A stretch of DNA of 50,699 nucleotides from Bradymonadia bacterium (GCA_047610025.1 JBLFZA010000002.1:1-50699), one strand, 5' to 3'; positions 36,413 to 46,890 are shown, counted from the first letter of the stretch. Numbers and translations are program-made. The notes: generated from the sequence alone by a model not told the origin.

Positions 36413-37039
36413 CTAGTTACGCGGGCCGCAGTCGTTGCAGTCCGTGCCGAGGGCGCAGATCGAGTACATCGAGCCGGGGCCGCCATCGTCACACTCGTTG
36501 TCGTTCGACGACGAGCATGTGTTCGCGCAGCTCTGCGCAACCTGACGCATACCGCAGTCAGCACAGTCGGTGCCGAGCTCGCAGATGGAGTACAGCGAGT
36601 CTGGACCACCATCGTCACACTCGTTGTCGTTCGACGACGAGCAGGAGTTGTTGCACATCGAGCCAGCAGCAGCGGAGTTCTGTGCGGCGGCCGGAGGAGC
36701 AGCGGCAGCGGCAGCGCGCGGGCCGCAGTCGTCGCAGTCCGAACCGAGGTCGCAGATCGAGTAGAGCGAGCCGGGGCCGCCGTCGTCACACTCGTTGTCG
36801 CCTGAGGTGGAGCAGTTATTGTTGCAGATGCTTCCAGCGCTTGCACGCGGACCGCAGTCGTTGCAGTCCGAGCCGAGGTCGCAGATCGAGTAGAGCGAGC
36901 CAGGGCCGCCATCATCGCACTCGTTGTCGTTCGACGTGGAGCAGGAGTTTGTGCACTGCGCGTTAGCGGTCGTCGCGAATCCGAACGATGCGGCGGCGGT
37001 ACAGAAAAGCGAAGTGAGGAATAGATTCTTCAGGGACAT
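36413..37039 (-). CDS. Secreted protein with four 37-aa six-Cys repeats
   Basis: GGAG RBS; signal peptide ending ANA; four copies of the CDDGGP repeat with short Ala-rich linkers. Confidence 0.88.
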   Translation of the reverse strand: MSLKNLFLTSLFCTAAASFGFATTANAQCTNSCSTSNDNECDDGGPGSLYSICDLGSDCNDCGPRASAGSICNNNCSTSGDNECDDGGPGSLYSICDLGSDCDDCGPRAAAAAAPPAAAQNSAAAGSMCNNSCSSSNDNECDDGGPDSLYSICELGTDCADCGMRQVAQSCANTCSSSNDNECDDGGPGSMYSICALGTDCNDCGPRN

Positions 37040-37301
37040 AGTTTCTCCAGTTCTGAATAGTGAAGACTCGTCACGGTGACAGATCGTCAGAGTTGGACGA
37101 GACAAGTGCTCAAAGACAGACGCCTTCGTGATGAACATCTCAACCCGCTTGCTGCGGTAGTGACCGTTCACCAGTGGTGCGATGATGGATTCAGACGCGA
37201 ACGACTCGAATCAATTCAATCCTAGTCGCCCTTTTTTCGCCTCCGCAAGCATTGCGCAGCCGTGTAGGCAGCCTTAGCCCACGCGACCAGACATGTCTTC
37301 G

Positions 37302-38324
37302 TCACGCAACTGATTGATCTTTAAGGGCTTCCGCTAACCGAGCGACACTGGCGGGTGAGCTACCCTCCGCCTTATTATTCACAATCACGTACACCGGCCG
37401 GCCGCTGGAAACCGCCTCGACCGAGAGTCGAACGATGGCATCTCGCGTCGAGTCGTCCGTATCGACGATCTTGGAGAACGGTTCATACCGCCTCTTCGCT
37501 GCGTCGTATCGCAGCCCGCGCCGGAGCATCCACCGGACGACAAGAGCACCTCTCTGCGGCCCCCAACGATCAGCCTGTTCCTCAACGCTCGGCAACTGCG
37601 GATGGTGGCTGATGCTCGCGGTCGCGCCGTGCTCTCTTAACACGTCGGACACGTCACGCGTCAGGAGCGACGCGTTGCGGAGCTCGAACGCCACGTTGAT
37701 GTCGGCACGTATCCCCTCAAGGAATCGGTCGAGGAGCACCGCAAAACGCCCTGGGCCTCCAATCGCGAATACGTCTTGAGGAGGGGCTTGAAACAGAAGC
37801 ACCCCCAACTTGTCGCCTAAGCCCTCAACGGCAGGCCCGATCACCGCGTCACGGGCGTACGACGCGTCCAAGAAGCGGGGGTTTCGCTCCCCGCCGCGCG
37901 CGCCGTAACGAGGGTGCGTCGGAAACGTGTGGCACAGGCAGTCCTCATGCGCCTTCACCACGAATCGGAAGTCATCGTCGACCTGCTCCGCCATCGACGC
38001 GAAGACCTCGCTGCCAACGGGCGCGTAGTAGGTGCGGTCGACGCCTACCGTGTTCAACAAGGGGTGGCGCGCATACGCCGCGAGACCATCCTTCACCAGA
38101 GCAGCCGAGGAATACTCTCGATCGTACACTTGGCCAGCCCAGCCAGGGAAGGTCCAACTAGAAGTCCCAAAGCGGAGCCCCTTCGGCATCGCCGCTGCGA
38201 GTGGGCGGAGCTCCTCCGAGGCGGGAGCCGGCGCCACATGTAGCGCAGGAGCAGCCGATGAAAGGGCTGCAGGCGCAGGGGCTATTGGGCCCCCGAAGAG
38301 AGACAGCTGCGATGGGTCAGACAT
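37302..38324 (-). CDS. DUF72 domain protein
   Basis: FGTSSWTFPGW, VDRTYY, FVVKA, LGVLLFQ, AFELRN, NNKAEG. Confidence 0.9.
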   Translation of the reverse strand: MSDPSQLSLFGGPIAPAPAALSSAAPALHVAPAPASEELRPLAAAMPKGLRFGTSSWTFPGWAGQVYDREYSSAALVKDGLAAYARHPLLNTVGVDRTYYAPVGSEVFASMAEQVDDDFRFVVKAHEDCLCHTFPTHPRYGARGGERNPRFLDASYARDAVIGPAVEGLGDKLGVLLFQAPPQDVFAIGGPGRFAVLLDRFLEGIRADINVAFELRNASLLTRDVSDVLREHGATASISHHPQLPSVEEQADRWGPQRGALVVRWMLRRGLRYDAAKRRYEPFSKIVDTDDSTRDAIVRLSVEAVSSGRPVYVIVNNKAEGSSPASVARLAEALKDQSVA

Positions 38325-38333
38325 ATCGCCAGA

Positions 38334-39000
38334 CTACACCGCGAGCGGGCTCTCGCAAATCGATCTAGTTCGAGCCGCTGGTGAACGACGCCAGCGCCCG
38401 CCCTGTGCTCGCGATGTCGCAGGCAGCGCTTCGAGCTGGCCGATCGCGATGCCTACGTTCTCCAGAACGCGCGGTGCGTTGATGGCGTTGGGGCCTCTGA
38501 ATGCGCTGATCGCGTTTGAGGCGAGACCGGGGACTTCGATCGTCAGCTGAGTGACTGCGCTCGGCAGTGATGTCAGCGACTCCTGAGCGGCCGTCAGCTG
38601 CCCGGAGAGTGCGACCAAGGGCTCATGGCGTGTGAGGAGTTCGCCCCCCACGCTCTGCATTTGCGAGTCTGTGAGGTCGAGCCCACTCTGGCGGGCAAGG
38701 CCGAAGTTCCCCCATCATCGACCCAGCGAACACTGCCTGCCGGCTCTCGGGCGGCACGGCGACGGTCGTCCCAATCGTGTCCGTGAAGAAGGTGTCGAGT
38801 GGGTTGTCTTCATCAAGGCTCGCATACGCGCTGTGAACAGCCGACGGCAGCAGCGTCGCCTCTGTCACCTGCGGTGTCCCCGTGACGTTGCCCGAGGCGT
38901 TTCAGAATCCACGGCCCCGACGCTGATCGTCTGCGATCGACGGAACGGCCATGATGACCGCAAGCAACAGCGCGCAGCTGGGGCTAGTCTTTCTTTTCAT
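38334..39000 (-). pseudogene. Disrupted gene for a secreted protein
   Basis: Signal-like MKRKTSPSCALLLAVIMAVPS, an in-frame TGA at 38902-38904, protein-like continuation, then an apparent frameshift near 38700 into the helical 38334..38660 frame. Confidence 0.45.
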
Positions 39001-39304
39001 CTGAAATCTCGGCAGCAGCAGCGGGGAAACGAGCGCAAATGCTGCGCAACCGAGTCGGTTAAGAGGAGGACGACTGACATTCAAATGGCACCACGGGCAC
39101 TCGTTCGAGTCAAATCCGAGCCCGACGCGTATGCCACGCATTGAGCCTTTATACCGGCCCCAGACGCGGCCGTCGTTCGGCGATTCACGGCTCTCTCAGT
39201 TTTCGATGCGCCGAGGAGGTCAGAGAACCGCCTCTCGACGACGCGCGGCCTAGACAATCTTCGCCACGCGTCTACAACGACTCCCCTCCTGAGGACCCCG
39301 CACT

Positions 39305-41065
39305 TTGTCAGCTCGTCCCCCATCGCGACTGCGTCGCCTCGCAGTCTATGCCCGCCGATACACATGGTGGTTCGTCGGTGGCGCAATCGCGCTCGTGGCG
39401 ACGAACATTCTCGCTCTGAAGATCCCTGGGCAAATCGGTAGCGCAGTGGAGCTGCTTCATACCAGCGAAGGAAACGGTTCGACCGTTGACCTCACTGCGA
39501 TTGGAACGATTGCGCTCACAATCGCGGGGTTGGCTATCGGCGCGGCGCTCAGCCGGGTGCTCAGCCGCTCGTTCATCTTCGCGGCTGGACGACGAGTCGA
39601 ATACGACGTCCGCAATGACCTCTTCGCGCATCTGCTGCGACTCTCACCAGCCGACTACGAGAAGAGTTCTACCGGCGACTTGGTCAGCCGCATCATCAAC
39701 GACGTCACCCAGATTCGCTTGTTGTTCGGGGTTGGTGCTCTGAACCTCGTCAACACCACATTCGCCTATATCATCGTGCTCGGGTTCATGTTCGAGCTCA
39801 GCCCCAAGCTGACGCTGTGGGCCTTGGCGCCCTACCCGTTCGTGCTGTGGATCATGCGTTGGTTCACGCGACAGCTCTACCAACGGACCGTTAGCGCCCA
39901 AGAGGCGGTCAGCGACGTCACCTCTCAGGCGCAGGAAGCGCTCTCGGGAGCGGCCGTGGTGCAGAGTTTTGTGATGGAGAACCACACCTCGGACGCCTTC
40001 GGCCGAGCCAGTCACGCCTACGCCGAGCGTAACGTCGCGGTCGCGCGGATCCGTGGTGGCCTTATGCCGTTCATGCGGATGGTCGGCTCGCTGGGCACGC
40101 TCATCGTCATCGTATTCGGTGGCCGCGCCGTACTCGACGGAACACTGACGCTGGGCCAATTCGTGGAGTTCTCTGGGTATGTCGTCATGCTGGCTTGGCC
40201 GACGATGGCGTTGAGCTGGGTACTCTCGGTGTGGAGCCGCGGCACCGCGGCCTTCGAACGAAGCTGCCAAGTCCTCGACACCGAGCCAAGCGTAGGAGAG
40301 CCCCACACGGCAATCCCGCTGCCTCAGCACGGAGACATCTGCTTCGAAGATGTCTCTCTGACCTACCCGGACGGCACGGTAGCGCTGAGCGACATCAGCC
40401 TACGCATTCAGGCCGGCGCGACAGTCGCAGTCGTCGGGCCAACCGGATCAGGCAAGTCGAGTCTCGTCGAGCTGATTACGCGACTTCGAGACCCGAGCGC
40501 AGGCAGGATTACGTATGGGGACGTCGACCTCCGTGATGCCGCTCTCGACGATGTTCGCGCGCGCATGTCCTATGCCCCCCAAGAAGGTTTCCTGTTCTCT
40601 ATGTCGCTCGCGGACAACATCGCGCTCGGCTCAGAGCGGGACGACGAGGCCATCGCGCGCGCCACAAAGATCGCGCACCTCACGGGTGACCTCTCTGCCT
40701 TCTCCGAGGGGCTCGATACGTGGGTCGGCGAGCGTGGCGTGACGGTGAGCGGAGGACAGCGGCACCGTTCGACGATCGCACGCGCCGTGTACGCCGACGC
40801 GGACGTGCTACTGCTCGACGACGCGCTCGCCAGTGTCGACACGGAGACGGAGCGCGCCATCCTCGGCGAGCTCGGAGGCGTGCTCAAGGATCGCACGTCG
40901 GTACTCGTGACCCACCGCTTCAACGCGCTGGATCTGGTCGACGCCATCTATGTGTTAGAGGATGGCCGCTTGATCGAATCCGGCACCCACGACGAGCTCA
41001 CGGAGCGAGGCGGTCGCTACGCCGAGATGGTGGAGCGTCAGCAGCTGGAGGCCGGCCTTGAGTAG
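39305..41065 (+). CDS. Heterodimeric ABC exporter subunit 1 (MdlA/YheI-like, degenerate Walker B)
   Basis: TMD plus NBD; GPTGSGKS, VSGGQ, LLLDD (Asp in place of the catalytic Glu). Confidence 0.9.
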   Translation: MSARPPSRLRRLAVYARRYTWWFVGGAIALVATNILALKIPGQIGSAVELLHTSEGNGSTVDLTAIGTIALTIAGLAIGAALSRVLSRSFIFAAGRRVEYDVRNDLFAHLLRLSPADYEKSSTGDLVSRIINDVTQIRLLFGVGALNLVNTTFAYIIVLGFMFELSPKLTLWALAPYPFVLWIMRWFTRQLYQRTVSAQEAVSDVTSQAQEALSGAAVVQSFVMENHTSDAFGRASHAYAERNVAVARIRGGLMPFMRMVGSLGTLIVIVFGGRAVLDGTLTLGQFVEFSGYVVMLAWPTMALSWVLSVWSRGTAAFERSCQVLDTEPSVGEPHTAIPLPQHGDICFEDVSLTYPDGTVALSDISLRIQAGATVAVVGPTGSGKSSLVELITRLRDPSAGRITYGDVDLRDAALDDVRARMSYAPQEGFLFSMSLADNIALGSERDDEAIARATKIAHLTGDLSAFSEGLDTWVGERGVTVSGGQRHRSTIARAVYADADVLLLDDALASVDTETERAILGELGGVLKDRTSVLVTHRFNALDLVDAIYVLEDGRLIESGTHDELTERGGRYAEMVERQQLEAGLE

Positions 41066-42824
41066 CACCGATCAAAAGAGTGGCGCACGGCTCGACCTTC
41101 AAATCGTTCGCCGCCTGTGGCCCTTCGCCAAACCGTACCGCGTGCAATTGGGAATCGCGCTGCTCGTCATGCCGATCGCCTCGGTTCTGTCGCTCACGCA
41201 GCCCTACCTGCTGAAGCGCACCATCGATGATCACCTGGTGCCCGGACGCGCTGAAGGACTCATGACGCTGGCCGCGCTCTTCGCGCTCACGATGCTGGGC
41301 GAATACGCGCTGCGCTTCACTCAGTTCTATCTGACCGAACGCGCCGGCCAATCGGCACTGCGCGACTTGCGCGGCGCCATCTTTGACCATCTACAACGGC
41401 GGCCACTGCGGTACTTCCACCGCACGCCCATCGGTCGGCTTATGGCGAGGCTGACCACCGACGTCGACGCCCTACAAGAAGCGCTGTCGAGCGGGCTCGT
41501 GAGCGTCATTGGCGACCTGGTAACGTTGCTCGGCATCGTCGGACTCTTGGTCTACTACAGCCCCACGCTCGCGGGCGTCACGCTGTCGGCCGTTCCTCCG
41601 CTCATCGCGCTCACCTTCCTGTTCCGCATCCTCATGCGGCGCGCATACCGCGAAGTTCGGAAGCAGATCTCGCGGCTCAACGCGTATCTGAACGAAGCCG
41701 TCACAGGCATGAAGATCATCCAGATATTCCGTGCGCAACCTGGCAGCTACACGGGCTACAAGGACATCAACGCGGCTCATCGCGACGCGGCGTTGCAGGC
41801 GATTCGGTACGACGCCCTGCTCTTTGCCATCGTCGAGATGTTCTCGTCGTGCGCGGTGGCCGGCATCATCTGGTTCGGCGCAGGGGAGGCCATCGGAGAC
41901 GTGATCACCATCGGCGTGCTCATCGCCGTCATCGAGTACGCGCAGAAGTTCTTCATCCCCTTGCGTGACCTCTCTCAGACGTACACCGTTCTTCAATCCG
42001 CGATGGCGAGCTCAGAGCGCATCTTTGAGGTGCTCGACGAGCGAGGCGAAATCCCGGAAGCGCCCGAAGCGCGGCCTCTAACAAAGGTAACGACCGGCAT
42101 CGAGTTTCGCGACGTTTGGTTCGCCTACAACGATGAGAACTGGGTTCTGCGCGGTGTGAGCTTTCACGTAGAGGTCGGTGAGAAGCTGGCCCTTGTTGGG
42201 CACACCGGCGCCGGTAAGAGCACCGTCGTCACACTGCTGACGCGCCTCTACGACATTCAAAAGGGGCAAATCCTCATCGATGGCGTCGACATCCGAGAGT
42301 ACAGACTCGACGACCTCCGTCGCAGATTCGCGACCGTGCTGCAGGATGGCTTCTTATTCACAGGCACTCTCAGAAACAACATCACGCTCGGCGACGAACA
42401 GGTCACCGAAGCGACGATGCAACGGGCCATGGACATCGTAGGACTCGACCGCATCGTGTCCCGGCACGAGAACGGACTCGACCACGATGTCCGCGAGCGT
42501 GGTGGAAACCTCAGCGGAGGAGAGCGCCAACTGGTGACCTTCGCGCGAGCGTTGGCTCGGCGACCGGATGTGCTGGTGCTCGACGAAGCCACGGCCAACG
42601 TAGACACCGAGACAGAGTCAATGCTGCAGCAAGCGGTCGACGCGCTGCTGTCGCAGCAAACGTCCATCGTTGTCGCGCATCGGCTGTCGACCATTCAGCG
42701 CGTTGACCGGATCATCGTGCTCCACCAAGGCGAGGTCGACGAGATTGGAACGCACCGAGAGTTACTCGCGCACGGTGGACGCTACGCGCGCCTCGTGAAG
42801 CTTCAGTTTGGGGCCGTCAGCTAG
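41058..42824 (+). CDS. Heterodimeric ABC exporter subunit 2 (MdlB/YheH-like)
   Basis: GHTGAGKS, LSGGERQ, LVLDEAT, AHRLSTI; overlaps subunit 1. Confidence 0.92.
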   Translation: MSSTDQKSGARLDLQIVRRLWPFAKPYRVQLGIALLVMPIASVLSLTQPYLLKRTIDDHLVPGRAEGLMTLAALFALTMLGEYALRFTQFYLTERAGQSALRDLRGAIFDHLQRRPLRYFHRTPIGRLMARLTTDVDALQEALSSGLVSVIGDLVTLLGIVGLLVYYSPTLAGVTLSAVPPLIALTFLFRILMRRAYREVRKQISRLNAYLNEAVTGMKIIQIFRAQPGSYTGYKDINAAHRDAALQAIRYDALLFAIVEMFSSCAVAGIIWFGAGEAIGDVITIGVLIAVIEYAQKFFIPLRDLSQTYTVLQSAMASSERIFEVLDERGEIPEAPEARPLTKVTTGIEFRDVWFAYNDENWVLRGVSFHVEVGEKLALVGHTGAGKSTVVTLLTRLYDIQKGQILIDGVDIREYRLDDLRRRFATVLQDGFLFTGTLRNNITLGDEQVTEATMQRAMDIVGLDRIVSRHENGLDHDVRERGGNLSGGERQLVTFARALARRPDVLVLDEATANVDTETESMLQQAVDALLSQQTSIVVAHRLSTIQRVDRIIVLHQGEVDEIGTHRELLAHGGRYARLVKLQFGAVS

Positions 42825-42854
42825 ACGTGCTGTGCCGATTCGAATCGTCGAACG

Positions 42855-43094
42855 CTAATCCACTGTCAGCTCGCTGACCGGCGCAAACCAGGCGCGTGCT
42901 TCTGCGGCACCCCAGTCCAAGTTGTGCACGAGGACCGCGGACCAGCCAAGACCCTGAAACTCGACGGAATCGACCCGGTACAATCTCGACTGCCACCATA
43001 CGGAGGCGCCGGGCCCAATGGGTGGTCGGTCTAGACGCCGTGGCAAGGCGGACGAACGCTGAACAGCGGAGAGCTCCGTGACGGTTGCACTCAT
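42855..43094 (-). CDS. Possible small beta-rich (SH3-like) hypothetical protein
   Basis: Fills an intergenic gap; pattern IGPGASVWW...YRVDSV...APVSEL. Confidence 0.35.
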   Translation of the reverse strand: MSATVTELSAVQRSSALPRRLDRPPIGPGASVWWQSRLYRVDSVEFQGLGWSAVLVHNLDWGAAEARAWFAPVSELTVD

Positions 43095-43236
43095 GTGTGA
43101 CCTCGTGTGTGGCGGGGTATGTACTTATCGTACATGCTTGAGGCCACCTCGCAACTTTCTGCTGCGCATACGGGTCTTCTTGCGTAGACCTCGACTGGAA
43201 TCGACGCGCTTCCGCCACGACTCTCACGACGCCTGA

Positions 43237-44154
43237 ATGCCCCTCACACTCGATGCCGCGCGCCGAGCGCGAAGTCTCCTCACCCCTCACATTCGCTCCA
43301 CCCCCGTCCTGTCGCTGGCGGCGGGAGAACTCAGCGATGTCGGCTGCACGCTCAAGCTCGAGTGCTTGCAGCACACAGGCGCGTTCAAGGTACGCGGGGC
43401 ACTTGTAGCCGCACTCAAGGGCGATAGGCGCCGAGCGCTCGTTACGGCGTCTGGAGGCAACCATGGTCTCGGTGTTGCCTTCGCCGCGCAGGTGCTCGAC
43501 GTCCCGGCGACTGTCGTACTTCCTGAGAGTGCTCCAGAGTCCAAAGCAGAGAAGTTGCGGCGGCGCGGCGCTCTTGTGGTCAGACACGGCGCGGTTTGGG
43601 ACGACGCTTGGGAGCATGCTGTCCTCTTGTCACAGTCACAGAGCGCCCGTCTCATACACCCCTTCGCCGACGAAGATGTGCTGCTCGGGCAAGCGACGAT
43701 TGGCTTGGAGCTAGCAGAGCAAGCTCCCGACGTGGATACGTGGGTCATCCCCATTGGGGGCGGGGGGCTGATTGGAGGTGTTGCGTTTGCTCTCAAGTCC
43801 TTACGCCCCGACGTCCGCATTGTCGGCGTAGAGCCTACGGGCGCCCCGACTCTCTACGAGAGCGTCCGTGCAGGGAAGCTCGTCACGCTGCCGATCATTC
43901 AAACTGCCGCAGGCACGCTCGCACCGAGACGCAGCGCTGAGATCAATCTGCGCCTCGTCAGCGAGTTCGTCGACGACATCGTGCTGGTCAGCGACGAGCA
44001 AATGTTCGACGCGGCGCGCTGGCTTTGGAGTGAGTGCGCAGTTCCAGCCGAGTTGGCCGCTGCCGCCGCAACCGCCGCGATCCGGGCGGGCACCGTAGGC
44101 GGTCGTTCGCTAGGCGCAATCGTCTGCGGAACGGGCACCGCGGGGATGGCGTAA
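43237..44154 (+). CDS. PLP-dependent serine/threonine dehydratase
   Basis: KLECLQHTGAFKVRGA, SGGNHG, HPF, GGGGLI, GVEP. Confidence 0.92.
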   Translation: MPLTLDAARRARSLLTPHIRSTPVLSLAAGELSDVGCTLKLECLQHTGAFKVRGALVAALKGDRRRALVTASGGNHGLGVAFAAQVLDVPATVVLPESAPESKAEKLRRRGALVVRHGAVWDDAWEHAVLLSQSQSARLIHPFADEDVLLGQATIGLELAEQAPDVDTWVIPIGGGGLIGGVAFALKSLRPDVRIVGVEPTGAPTLYESVRAGKLVTLPIIQTAAGTLAPRRSAEINLRLVSEFVDDIVLVSDEQMFDAARWLWSECAVPAELAAAAATAAIRAGTVGGRSLGAIVCGTGTAGMA

Positions 44155-44163
44155 TCATACACG

Positions 44164-44704
44164 GTGAAGGAGAGGGCTCATCCAGCGAATCACATCGCTC
44201 ATGAAGGCGTCACGTGCACGGTCTGCCATCAGATTTCAGACCAAGGCTTGGGTACGCCTGCGAGGCGACGTCGGCGGCGAAGTCATCGGAGAAGACAGGC
44301 TCATTTGGGGGCCGCACGAAGCCCCCCGAACCCGATGCAGAACCGACTCGGCTCTACACCCACGCCCTCTAGCCACATCATGTAGAGTTCCTTCTGCGCA
44401 TGGCGCCGTGCCCTCCTCACCCAACCCATCGGAGCCGATGGCGAAGAGCTCGAGCAGGCCTTCCCCCGAGCAGGTGCCTTACTTGGAGGGGCTCAACTCC
44501 AAGGCGTACCCAACTCGCCGCGCGTGTCTTGAAGTCGTGTTCTTCGACGCAGCGGAGGAGGAGGTCTTTCGCTGGGGTGAAGTCGACGACGAAGGGTATC
44601 TCGCCGACGGTGCGGGGCGCCGACTGACGTCGACCCCCTTCGGCGAGCACATCGTTCGCCGAAGGGGTTCAGAACACGCCGCCTGCGCCACGGCTGATCT
44701 CTAG
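44164..44704 (+). pseudogene. Remnant of a multiheme cytochrome c gene
   Basis: EGVTCTVCHQI (CxxCH), then frameshifted IWGPHE / NPMQNRLG, a TAG at 44383-44385, CAWRR as a likely decayed second heme motif, and frameshifted PEQVPYLE. Confidence 0.65.
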
Positions 44705-44792
44705 GGTCGACCTATCGTTGTCGGTTGAGCGGCGCGGCGGCCTACCCCCGCTCACGAGGGCGACACTCGCCGGCTAACGTTGCGCTCGAGAA

Positions 44793-46856
44793 CTACGCCT
44801 CCAACCCGTTCTGGCGCAACAGCGCGTCGGGCGAGGCGTCTCTTCCGCGGAACGCTCGGTAGACCTCAGACGGGTGCTTGCTGCCACCAAGTCCCAAGAC
44901 GGTGTCACGGAAGCGACGACCGACCGCGGCCACCGCGTCCGTGTTGTCGAGACCGACCTCGAGGAACGCCTCAAATGCGTCCGCGCTGAGCACCTCTGCC
45001 CACTTGTAGCTGTAGTAGCCAGCGGAGTAGCCGCCTGCGAAGATGTGACCAAACGCACAAAGGAAGCGGTCGCCTTCAACGGGCGCATTGAGGAGTCGCT
45101 CAGTCGCGACACGCCGATAAACGTCTAAGGCACCTTCTGTGCGCGGATCAAAAGACGAGTGCAGCTCCAAGTCCGTGAGACCAAACACCACCTGTCGCAG
45201 CGTGACGTAGGCCTCGCCGAAGTGACGCATCTCGACGATGGTGCGGAAGTAGTCCTCCGGCAGCGGCTCTCCTGTCTCGAAGTGACGCGCCATGCCCATC
45301 AGAGTCTCGCGGTGGTAGCACCAGTTCTCCATGAACTGGCTCGGCAGTTCCACGGCGTCCCACTCGACGTTGTTGATACCCGCCGCCCCGGCCTCTTCAA
45401 CGTCCGTCAGCATGTGCTGGAGGCCGTGTCCGAACTCGTGGAACAACGTCTCGACCTCCGAGAACGTCATGAGTGATGGCTGAGTATCTGTCGGTGGTGT
45501 GCCGTTGCACACCAAGTAGGCGACGGGGTTAACGATGCCATCAACGGCGCGGCGCCGCCCGACGAACGCGTTCATCCATGCGCCACCCCGCTTGTCCGCC
45601 GGACGGGCGTAGGGGTCCAAGTAGAAGCCCGCACGGGTTTGGCCGCTCTCGTCGCGCATCTCAAAGTAGCGCACGTCCGGGTGCCAAACACGACGCTCGG
45701 TCTCGACCTCGACCGCTGTCATGCCAAAGAGGCGCTCAATCACGCCAAACAACCCCTGCAGGACAGCAGGAAGCGGGAAGTACGGGCGTAGGTCATCGTC
45801 GGTGAGGCCCGAGCGCTTCTCCCGCAACCGCTCTCCCCAATAGGCGAGATCCCAGTGCTGCAGTTCATCTTCACACCCCGCTGCGCTTGCGAGGCCTTGG
45901 ATGTCTTTGTGCTCCGCGGCGGCGTGCGGTGACGACGCCCCGTGCAGGCGCTCGAGTAGCTCCAACACTTGCTCGTGCTCCGCCATTTTGCCGGACAGGC
46001 TCAGCTCAGCGTAGTTGTCGTAACCCAGAAGCTGCGCGCGCTCTTGGCGCAGCGCCAAAATTTCTTCGAGTAGAGGGCCATTATCATTGGGCGTTCTCGA
46101 CGCTCGTGTCACGAACGCACGATAGACCTGTTCTCGTAGGTCTGTCCTGGAGGCGTGCTTCAAGAAAGCAGTAAACGAAGGCCCGTCGAGGCTGACTCGC
46201 CAAGGACCCTCACCTGGGTTCGCCTCCGTCTCGTTCGCGATGGCGTAACTACCGGCGAACATCCGTAGAGCTGCGTCTGGAAGACCGACCACATCCTCCG
46301 GCGACGTGAGGACGAGTTCGAATGCCTTGGTCGAATCGATGAGGTTGTTGCTGAACGTCGTGCCTAACTTCGACAGTCGCTGAGCGATCGCATTGAAACG
46401 TTCTTTCTGCTCGCCATCGAGCCCTACACCGTCGTGCTTTGCGCTGCGGACCTCGGACTCTAGTACGCGCTGGCGGGCGGGAGAGAGCGACGCGGAGTCG
46501 CTGCCCTCAAAGAGCGCGGTCATGGCGTCGAAGCGAGCACGGTTCTGCCCCAGTGACATGGAGAACTCGATAATCTTCGGCTGCATCTCCGCATGCGCAG
46601 CACGGAGCTCCTCGGTGTTTCGCACACTGAGCAAGTGGCCCACGACTCCCCAAGACTCGAAGAGCTCTCGACAGGCATCTTCATAGGCCGTGATCGCCGA
46701 GCCGTAGTCTGCCGCGAGCGTCTCATCGGCCCTGGTAACGGCCACCCGAGCGTCGTCCAGTCGTTGTGAAAGAGCCGGTACAACGTGCTGGACTTCAATC
46801 GCCGGGAAGTCCGGCAGCTCGCCGATTGCGTAGAGAGGATTTTCGTTCAAAGACAT
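44793..46856 (-). CDS. prlC: Oligopeptidase A (M3 family)
   Basis: KRGGAWM, TLFHEFGHGLQHML (HExxH), WDAVELPSQFMENW, HIFAGGYSAGYYSYKWAEV. Confidence 0.95.
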   Translation of the reverse strand: MSLNENPLYAIGELPDFPAIEVQHVVPALSQRLDDARVAVTRADETLAADYGSAITAYEDACRELFESWGVVGHLLSVRNTEELRAAHAEMQPKIIEFSMSLGQNRARFDAMTALFEGSDSASLSPARQRVLESEVRSAKHDGVGLDGEQKERFNAIAQRLSKLGTTFSNNLIDSTKAFELVLTSPEDVVGLPDAALRMFAGSYAIANETEANPGEGPWRVSLDGPSFTAFLKHASRTDLREQVYRAFVTRASRTPNDNGPLLEEILALRQERAQLLGYDNYAELSLSGKMAEHEQVLELLERLHGASSPHAAAEHKDIQGLASAAGCEDELQHWDLAYWGERLREKRSGLTDDDLRPYFPLPAVLQGLFGVIERLFGMTAVEVETERRVWHPDVRYFEMRDESGQTRAGFYLDPYARPADKRGGAWMNAFVGRRRAVDGIVNPVAYLVCNGTPPTDTQPSLMTFSEVETLFHEFGHGLQHMLTDVEEAGAAGINNVEWDAVELPSQFMENWCYHRETLMGMARHFETGEPLPEDYFRTIVEMRHFGEAYVTLRQVVFGLTDLELHSSFDPRTEGALDVYRRVATERLLNAPVEGDRFLCAFGHIFAGGYSAGYYSYKWAEVLSADAFEAFLEVGLDNTDAVAAVGRRFRDTVLGLGGSKHPSEVYRAFRGRDASPDALLRQNGLEA

Positions 46857-46890
46857 AAGTCGAGCCGTGCGGGTCAGGCAGCAAGGTCTC

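Noticed and set aside
36021-36960. CRISPR-like recurring DNA repeats
   Set aside because: They are in-frame coding repeats with synonymous variation, have no unique spacers, and no cas genes are present.
39305-41065. Missing catalytic Glu in an ABC ATPase
   Set aside because: This is the normal degenerate site of heterodimeric ABC exporters.
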